A stretch of DNA of 63,890 nt, the filler included, from Craspedostauros australis (lineage: Eukaryota): the NCBI GenBank assembly GCA_030167865.1. It is 13 parts of 13 records of this genome, joined end to end, with 100 filler letters (N's around TTAATTAATTAA, not from the genome) between each part and the next. Parts side by side here need not be neighbours in the genome. Positions count along the whole stretch, not along the records: positions 54,558 to 57,972 come from JALAGF010003345.1; positions 58,073 to 59,735 come from JALAGF010003346.1; positions 59,836 to 63,890 come from JALAGF010003348.1; 10 more parts are not named here. One strand, 5' to 3'. Position 1 is the stretch's first letter. Every line of letters begins with the position of its first letter. Positions 56,071 through 63,890 of the stretch are shown piece by piece. Position numbers and translations under genes: made by a program. Under the pieces are notes generated by a model. That model had not been told where the DNA came from. It saw nothing but the letters and a program-made list of their open reading frames with translations, and ran no database searches.

Positions 56071-57972
56071 ATGGTAATGATTCGAAGTGGCAGCAACGCG
56101 TTCAGTGCTCATTCTGTCGACAGGACGATACGATCGATGCCATGGATGCGACGATGCGCGGCGAGATCTGCGCAAGCAGCGGTGGCAAGGGAGGGGCTGA
56201 GAGTCCATCATCATCATCATCGATACTGCCGACGCTCCTTCTCAATGGGTCGTCATTGCCGTCGGACTACGACCATGCGTATGACAACGCAGTTGCTGCC
56301 GTCGAACACATCCACGCTCAACTCCATGAGCACGATGGCACCGCGCGGGACGGATGCAGGTGGAGGTGACGCCTTGGTGTCCGATGAAGAGGCTTCCGTC
56401 ACGCGCACAAATCCCGCGGGCGTTGCCGCTCCGTACACGTGGAGGAACTTACTCGGACCGTCGGCCAGAGCATCGTGGAGGGCCTCCGATCCCAAGCTGC
56501 CCGAACATCTGGAATCCACCATTGCTGACATTCTCAAGGACGGACAGCGCACAAAGCGCCAGCTGCGACGCAACTACGAGCGTGTGCTCAAGACGCAGCG
56601 CAGATTGTCGGTCTTCCGCGAACGCGACCGGCGTGCCATGGTCAATCCTGGTGACAAAAGCAGTGCCAGCAACCACCAGCTTGATCCTGCCAAGTTCCCG
56701 CCGGTGTATTATGGGCCGGATCAAACCCTCGCGGACCTCACCTTCCGCTTCGATTCCAACTACGCCATCGCCAAGAGGGTGCTCCAAGAGGCCAAGAGCC
56801 TCACGCAGTGCAAACCGCAGCGGGTGCTGGATTTCGGAATCGGATGCGGCGCGGCATCGGCGGCGGCCCTGGAGGTCTTTGGCGGTTCCATCGATTGGAT
56901 TCATGGCATAGAACCATCGCACAGCATGCGAGAATGCTCGGAACGTCTTTTGGAGCATTCCAGAAACAGCGGCAGCAGCAGCGGTCACAATCAAGACAAC
57001 GGCGGCGCTATTCGCACAACCTTCAGCAGCAGCCTCTCTGCCGAGTCCACCAGCACGGGCGGATTCGATCTCATCCTCGCCTCGTACACGGCATCGGAGA
57101 TACCTCACGTCACGGCCAATTTGACCGCCGCCGCCATCCTGTTCCAGCGATGCAATCCAGGCGGTATCGTCGTCTTCATCGAACCTGGCACGCCGGATGG
57201 ATTCAACACTCTGCGTGCCACGCGCAACATGCTTCTGGATTGCTGCCCGCCGGGGGATCCGGATTTCGAATGGGAGGAACGCTGTCACGTCATCGCGCCC
57301 TGCACGCACAATGGAAAATGCCCCATGGAACGTCACAAGAAGAATTCCTCGCGACCATCGTCCGTCCAGCTGGCGGGTGGCAAAGATATCGAGCAAGACT
57401 TTTTTGACGGTGACGATTTCGAAGAGATCGAAGATGACAACGACGTCGATGGTATGGATGGATTCGAAAGTGACGACAACGATTATGATGATGATGATGA
57501 TGATTATGACCATGATGACGAGGATGATGATTTCTTCGATGGTACCGACGAGAGTGACGATGGTGACAGGGAACAAGGCTCCATCGAAGATGCCGACTAC
57601 ATTGACCTGATGGCCAATTCTGCTGGATTGATGTCGGAAACGGAATTGTACGATTCCTCATTTTGCAGCTTCGTGCAAACCATGCCTGGCAAGGGACACA
57701 AACGAAAAGGCGAGAAGTTTTCCTATTTGGTGGTCCAAAAGCGGCTGGCGAACAAGGGCGCGAAGACTGCAACGAATGCGCGCCATGGCAATGACAATGA
57801 CGATGATGATGCTGTCCAGCATCACGAAAGCAAGATGGAGAATGCCACCAAGATCCTTGCCAACTTGCACCGGGGCGCGAAAGATCAACACATCCCGACG
57901 TTGGAGAAGTACTATCAGCAGGCGATCGATTTGGAAGAGGAATTTGTGGAGGTGGACGATGACGAGTTGGGA
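56071..57972 (+). CDS. RSM22: Mitochondrial small-subunit assembly factor Rsm22/METTL17 family, 3' end truncated
   Basis: VLDFGIGCG SAM motif, IEPGTPDGF, HVIAPCTHNGKCPM, FCSFVQ and EKFSYLVVQK; Arg-rich presequence-like N-terminus. Start codon uncertain. Confidence 0.88.
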
Positions 57973-58074
57973 NNNNNNNNNNNNNNNNNNNNNNNNNNNN
58001 NNNNNNNNNNNNNNNNTTAATTAATTAANNNNNNNNNNNNNNNNNNNNNNNNNNNNNNNNNNNNNNNNNNNNAG

Positions 58075-59532
58075 ATCAAGTTCTACATTCAAGGTGTTCT
58101 GAACATCACCAGTGAAGAGATTGCTGGTGCTTTGTTCGAGCAAGGCTTGATGAGCTTCGATGGTCTCCTCTCACTCACAGACAATGACCTTTGCAAACTG
58201 TGCAAACGCATTTGCGTAGGCAGTGGGCTGATCGATAACCCTGCCTACAAGGGAGGCAAAACATCTGTACCATCCCAGATCAAGGATCCAGGAACCACCA
58301 TCGGGTGGCTCCACGAGCTCAGACTGCGTCAACTCCGTTATGCTCGGTTTCATTTTCATCGCATTCAACGTCCATTCTCTGCCATGGAAGCACCCATGGA
58401 TCGCCTTTTGGCTCTGTGGGAACTGTTCCTCGAAGAGAAACGCATCAAGGACGCACCGGCGATGGACATGCCCGATCAGCTCACCAGGGTTGAGAACGTA
58501 CGAGACAGTCTGGAGGACATCCAGAATTACTTGGACAGCACGCTTGGTGCTATCGATGCTCCGCTGGCGTACATCATCCGAGAGGACATCCGCAAACCAG
58601 AAGATCGAACACCACCCATCCATACCGGATTTGGTGTGCCATCCATGCAAGAAGAACTCGTCGATAGAGCACTCCATGAAGGGGTGAAATACCATGCAGA
58701 CAATGCGGCTGTATGGCAAGTCATTCGACACGTGACACATGGTGGTCCGGCATGGGCTTGGGTCCAAGGGTATGAACGTACCAGGAACGGTCGCTCCGCA
58801 TACATCGCTCTGAAAGAGCACTACCACGGGGACTCGTTCCAAGCGCGGACAAAGGCAGCGGCCTCACGCACCATTGCCACACTATTCTATGACGGCAAAG
58901 CACGTCACTTCCCATTCGAGAAATACGCACAAACGATGAACTCTGCTTTTGAGGATATGTCCAAGTGCGGCGAACCTTTGGTGGAAGCCGCCAAGGTCCG
59001 CCACCTCATTACCGGGATTCGTGATCAGCGTCTTGCCAATGCTTGTGACTCCATCATGATGAACAAATCCATTGCCCTCAATTTCCAGACAACCGTCAAC
59101 ACTCTCAGCGAAGTCCTTGATCGCAAACAATCCACCACGTCCGCACGCAACATTGGATCAATGGGAAGAGGCAAGGGTGGTCGCGGCAACCGCAACAATG
59201 CATCCAACAAAGGAGGTCGCGGAGGTCAAGGCAAGGCAAAGAAGTATGACCCCAACATGGTCATCACAGACCGCCACTACACACCAGAAGAGTGGTCTGT
59301 CATGTCGGCCGCTCAGAGGTCCAAGGCAATTGAGATGCGCCAAGAGCGAGATAAGCGTCGTGGGGTCATGGTTGTGGGTAGGAATACGTCGTCCAAACGT
59401 CCCAAAGAGGACAAGGACGATTCTTACCAACCACCAGCGACATCCGGCACGTCCAATGACCAGACCAACAACAGTCGACAGGCTGGTATCGGCAGCATGA
59501 TGTCGCGTCGCAACCAACAAGGCCAATCCTGA
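58075..59532 (+). CDS. gag: Copia Gag (5' partial), ending in TGA at 59530..59532
   Basis: Open frame from the contig start; Gly/Arg-rich nucleic-acid-binding tract and no zinc knuckle. Confidence 0.82.
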   Translation: MKFYIQGVLNITSEEIAGALFEQGLMSFDGLLSLTDNDLCKLCKRICVGSGLIDNPAYKGGKTSVPSQIKDPGTTIGWLHELRLRQLRYARFHFHRIQRPFSAMEAPMDRLLALWELFLEEKRIKDAPAMDMPDQLTRVENVRDSLEDIQNYLDSTLGAIDAPLAYIIREDIRKPEDRTPPIHTGFGVPSMQEELVDRALHEGVKYHADNAAVWQVIRHVTHGGPAWAWVQGYERTRNGRSAYIALKEHYHGDSFQARTKAAASRTIATLFYDGKARHFPFEKYAQTMNSAFEDMSKCGEPLVEAAKVRHLITGIRDQRLANACDSIMMNKSIALNFQTTVNTLSEVLDRKQSTTSARNIGSMGRGKGGRGNRNNASNKGGRGGQGKAKKYDPNMVITDRHYTPEEWSVMSAAQRSKAIEMRQERDKRRGVMVVGRNTSSKRPKEDKDDSYQPPATSGTSNDQTNNSRQAGIGSMMSRRNQQGQS

Positions 59533-59735
59533 CCAATCCGCGATCAACAGCGACAAGTGACATCTGTTGGTCAATCGTTATCGTCGGATACTCCACGCGC
59601 CGAACTCGACTCACACGCCGACACCTGTTGCTTTGGTGATACGGCCTACATCGTGCATACAACCAATCAGACAGTCACCGCGACCCCTTTCATCGACTCA
59701 CTAGGGAAAGTCAACAACGTGCCCATCGTCACCGC
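59533..59735 (+). CDS. pol: Copia Pol start (aspartic protease), same frame as gag, no ATG; truncated by a gap
   Basis: PIRDQQRQVTSVGQSLSSDTPRAELDSHADTCCFGDTAYIV...VTATPFIDSLGKVNNVPIVT. Confidence 0.82.
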
Positions 59736-59835
59736 NNNNNNNNNNNNNNNNNNNNNNNNNNNNNNNNNNNNNNNNNNNNTTAATTAATTAANNNNNNNNN
59801 NNNNNNNNNNNNNNNNNNNNNNNNNNNNNNNNNNN

Positions 59836-61446
59836 CAGAAGGCCAACTACGCCGCAGAAATAGTCATCTTCGCATGTCATGTCCCCATCATTGCGCACGA
59901 ATGCGTTGTAGTAGGCCAAGGGCAGGCCAACGAACCAGTACGAGAAGAAGACGACAGGCACGCTGATCCACTGTTTGCCGCATCCCTTGAGGGTGCTGTT
60001 GAATGCGTACAGCACGCCGTCGGCGAAGATGTAAACGGCGAGCAATGGGATTGTTTGCGCAGCCTCGTCGACGACACCATCTTCGCCGGGTGCGAAGAGT
60101 GATGGGAAGAAGGTGTGGGGGACTGCCATCAAGATCGTGCCAAGGGTGAGGGTGAGCGCGACTGTGCACAAAGTGCAGACAGTGCCTGCAAATTTGGCGG
60201 CGTGTGCCTTGCCTTCTCCCAAGAGGTTGCTGACTCTGGTGGCCCCTGCAATTCCAATTCCCATGGACAACGAGAAGCAGGTCACGTTGATGGATTGGAA
60301 CAGGCTCATCCCACCGAGCGCTGATTCCGGACTGGGCGAAAGTTGCCCTGCAAGGATGACGATCGTTTCGGACGACCACAATTCCGCGAAAGCGAAGATG
60401 CCCGGCACCGCCAGGACGAGGTATTGGATGATGCCATAGAGCGATGATATGGCAGCCTTGAATTCGGGCCAGAACGTCAGCTTCGTCTTGTTGATCGCGA
60501 TCGCGGAGGTGCTCTTGAGGACACGCTGCCGTCCGTGCTCGGTACCGAAAACGTACGCTGCCATGATGACCGATTGCGACACTTGGAAGCAGCTTGTTGC
60601 GACCGCGCAACCGATGTAACCAAATCCCATGAAGTAGATGAAGAACCAGTTGAGCGGCGCATGCAAAGCCAGTGAAACGCACGATGCGTACAGCGGTACA
60701 TCCACCATCCCGATGCTTTGAAGCCATGTCGTGAGTGTGTAAACGAGACAAAGTCCCCAGAAGGCTGGCACCAGAGCTGTGAGATAATCGGATGCCATTC
60801 CGGCGATCACTTCCGCTTGTCCCACCTTCAACAGAAAGTCCTTGGTACCAGAGAGCCACCAGATTGCGAATGGTAGCAAGATGGCGTGCTGGATGATCAG
60901 CGCTCTGAAGAAGACGACCAATGGTGGAAGTGGCGTGTCGTTCCCTGTACCCACACCATCGGCATCAGCGTCTTCTCCATCCGACGGAATCGTTGCGACA
61001 ATGAACTGCGCAGAGTCTGAGACGGTTTCTTCGTCCGTATCGTATTGCACCTGTGCTTTGATAGCCTCGAGCCTGGCGGTCATCTCTCCATTAGATTGGC
61101 CAGCGAGAGTCGTTGTGGCGGAGTTCAGCCCGCTCGAAAAACTCATCCCAATGATGTTGCTGAGCGATGTTGCCAGCGCGGCCGCTGTGAGCTCATTGAC
61201 GCCCAGCCCACCTGCGAAACGGATGGAGATGAGCCAGGGCAGCTTGTTGAGGATCGCGCTCTGCATCGACGGGACCGCCAGCTTCAGCTGCTTCTGAACT
61301 TCGACGGAGAATCGATCCCAGGACATGGAGTCGGAGCCCTTCATGTCGTCCGATCCGATGGAACTGCCATCATCTTGAGTTGTTGTCCATAGGAGAGGCG
61401 GTATTTCTGTTGCAGACTCGGTGTCATCTCTCTTCTTTGGAGTCAT
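59836..61446 (-). CDS. MATE family efflux transporter, 3' end lost in a gap
   Basis: QLKLAVP...ELTAAALATS...TTLAGQSNG...LAVPG...ELWSSE...ATRVSNLLGEG...LKGCGKQ; multiple hydrophobic segments. Confidence 0.92.
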
Positions 61447-62814
61447 CTTCGATTGGACGGAAGCAACGGTGATGCGTGATGGGTGTTATTTGATGGGTGA
61501 TCGGTAGGAACGGAAATGGTCTCCTCTTGATTTGTGGAAGGGAGGGTGTGTCTCCATGCCAACACATTGAGGTGGAAGGCATCATTCGCGTGTGAGTACT
61601 AGTACGATTGTGCATTCACGTGACAAAACATCACTTGTGTGCTCTAATCGTAGGTATGTGGGGTGCGATGCTCTGCATGCTTTGTGTTAGTACCCATCGT
61701 TGACTTGTGGAGTGATTGTCCGTCTTGGAGGAAGAACAAAAACAAAGTGAAGGTTGCACATCACCCCATTCTTCGCCCATCGTCATGGCGTCCGCACGCG
61801 TGAAAATCTCTCACAGCGCGCTTTTTGGGCAGACTCGGATGAGCGACTCCGATTTGATGGGCCATCAGACAGCGGGAGAAACAAGACCGAAGACGTGCGT
61901 GTGGGTGTCTCACCACTTGAAGTGGAGATGGAGACGCTGATAAAGCCGCAGCTTTCGTGGGTCATGCCAAGATGGTTTCTTGAATTGGCTTCCCTTCACA
62001 ACTGCCAAACAACACATCGTTGTGGCTGAGCGATGGCACGTCTGTGAAAGAACAGCACAACTCTGTCGCGGCAGATAGTGACAGGACAGTATCTTTGTAT
62101 TTGTATTCCTCAGAGCTATGTACCACGTCATACAAGGGTGTACGGTTGACATAGTCAAGAAGTATTTTATGTACCTGCGAATCTGTATGGCTGCTTACCG
62201 GTATCCTCTCTGTACGTGTCTTGTTGTTGTGCCCTGTTCAATTCATGATCGTCCAACAGGGAATTGCAACCACGGCAAAGTGTTGACAAGCCCCACTTGG
62301 TCTGTGTGTGGTATCCGTCCAGCGCTGGTTCTTCCCCCTCAACCCCAGACTGGACGCTGTCATCAGCAGTATTTGCAGTGTCGCTCAGGGTCTCCCTTGG
62401 ACCACTCTTGCTGGTCTTGGGAGGCCTGTTGCCAGTTGGGATCATGCCGGGCGGCGAGAGGTTCGGTGGTCGAGTGGGCCTCGGTGTCACGGTTGGGCTG
62501 CCCGTCTTCGCAACGCGGATGCCGAAGTTGCCCGTGTCATCGCCGAATCCACTGACGCGGGCGAAGGACATTGCACACGTTGGTTGGATCTCATTTCCAA
62601 CAGACGTCCTCGATTGAGAGCGGACCCGCTGATTCTTATTCCTCGAGCGCCTGTCATCAGGCGTTCGCGCCCATCCCGTCCAACATCACTCCTCATCGAA
62701 TGTCAACGCCGCGGCAGCGCCTTCTTCGCCGTACCTGCTACGACTGATCCTTGAAGTATTCCATCCAACATGGCAATACTTGGATGGCGACAAATCACGC
62801 TCCAACCGCTACCG

Positions 62815-63890
62815 CTACTGCTGCTGCTGATTCTGCTCCTTCTCCATCACCTGACACAGCCGCGACACCAACCCCAGCAACTGTAGCAGACTGTCCACAC
62901 CGTTGGAAATGCGCATGTGCGTGAACCCTATCTCGCGCAGGAACTCCAACTTGGTACCCTCTGGCATCGTCGCGTGGGCCTTCGTCACCTTGAACAACGT
63001 CCCGATCAAATCGGATGATGAATATCCCTGATCGTAAAGCATCCGGAGATTCTCAATTGCATTGTCTATGTCGTTTTTGTGGGCGAAATCGATCACGCTG
63101 CGCACGATGTTGGGATGCGGCTGATCGCAGACCTGGAATACCGTCTTCTGATCCACAACCCCTGATCCATCCTTCGTGAACTTCGCCAGCGAATGCGAGG
63201 CCTGCAGGTTGTTCAGCGCGTGCCGCATGTCACCTTCGGCAGTGAAGAGGATGGCATCGAGTCCTGTGGAGTATGTATTCCGGTATCCACCCATCCAAGG
63301 CCATCGAAGGAAAGCATCCGATAGAGAGGAGTGAGAATCCGTGGATGATGAAGTCAACGCTGCTCTCAGTGCAATCAAACGCAATGCTAAGTGAAACACC
63401 CAAACACACCATCAGTCTCAACCAAACCACTTCACAAAATGCACAATGCCACACAAGTAGACAACTACTCACCATCGTCAGTGTAATTGATATCTTCCAC
63501 CTTGCATACCCGCAGAAGATTGGCCTTGATCTGATCCTGGCCCAGCCGAGAGTACCGCAGAATCGCAGCTCTGGACTGGATGGCCTCGATGATCTTCGTG
63601 CTCACATTGCACGCCAAGCAGAACCGCGTCGAATTCGAGTAGATCTCCATCGTGCGTCGCAACGCCTGCTGCGCTGCAGTTGTCATGCTGTCCGCCTCAT
63701 CCAGGATCACGATCTTGTGCCTCCTTGGTGGCAACGTGACCTTGTTCATGGCGAACGACTTGATGTTGTTGCGCACCACATCAATGCCTCTCGAATCGGA
63801 GGCGTTCAGCTCCAGCACCGCAGTCTTGTAGCTGTCACCCAGCAGCTCACGCGCCAATGCATGCACGCTCGTCGTCTTTCCAGTTCCGGG
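62815..63890 (-). CDS. RFC2: Replication factor C small subunit (human RFC2 / yeast Rfc4 type); exons 63473..>63890 and 62815..63263
   Basis: [45 protein letters not shown] and [13 protein letters not shown] phase-1 GTGAGT...CACAG intron at 63264..63472 joins the frames. Confidence 0.95.

Larger units (their letters stand above)
58073..59735 (+). mobile_element. Second Copia element (different CoDi-like lineage): internal gag to protease fragment
   Basis: Gag motifs PLAYIIRE, DNAAVWQVI, NGRSAYIALKEHYHG and HYTPEEW; protease ELDSHADTCCFG. Confidence 0.88.

Noticed and set aside
23924..59835. Recurrent TTAATTAATTAA motif inside N runs
   Set aside because: Artificial six-frame-stop linker added during scaffolding. 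Adjacency across these gaps was not interpreted biologically.
62167..62754. Short ORFs between MATE and RFC2 (for example RVSGFGDDTGNFGIRV...)
   Set aside because: Could be a gene remnant, but there is no convincing start, splice pattern or recognisable domain.
1..63890. CRISPR arrays, tRNA or rRNA genes
   Set aside because: No repeat-spacer periodicity or recognisable structural RNA gene was seen by eye; short tandem repeats here lack unique spacers.

Overview
Eukaryotic genomic DNA that looks like a diatom (DUF6824 protein, bipartite plastid presequences, CoDi-like Copia and Ambal-like LINE elements, sparse GT-AG introns). The window is a pseudo-scaffold of 13 contigs joined by twelve artificial 100-nt linkers (44 N + TTAATTAATTAA + 44 N), so order across gaps is unreliable, and several apparent repeats are probably haplotype bubbles. 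Host genes: CobW-type GTPase (partial), PhyH-type dioxygenase, DUF6824 protein, REEP/HVA22 (2 exons), a small plastid protein, a WRKY19-like Cys-His polyQ protein, eIF1 (2 exons), a STAND ATPase, a duplicated flavin-reductase-like gene, a cyclin, an alpha/beta hydrolase, two RGLE-motif paralogues, an ankyrin protein, Rsm22, a MATE transporter and an RFC small subunit. The most interesting signals concern translational recoding in retroelements. One near-complete Copia has a G_GAU_UUU heptamer plus hairpin at its gag/pol overlap (-1 frameshift). A second Copia has gag and pol in the same frame, separated by UGA-C, a 9-nt spacer and a stem-loop (readthrough). The LINE ORF1 is split by a single in-frame UGA followed by a hairpin. 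Also notable: a ~700-bp segment flanked by perfect 28-bp inverted sites with 11-6-11 symmetry and no TSD, an apparently hemizygous Copia insertion, and a contig with a terminal direct repeat. All family assignments come from motif recognition by eye; no database searches were run.
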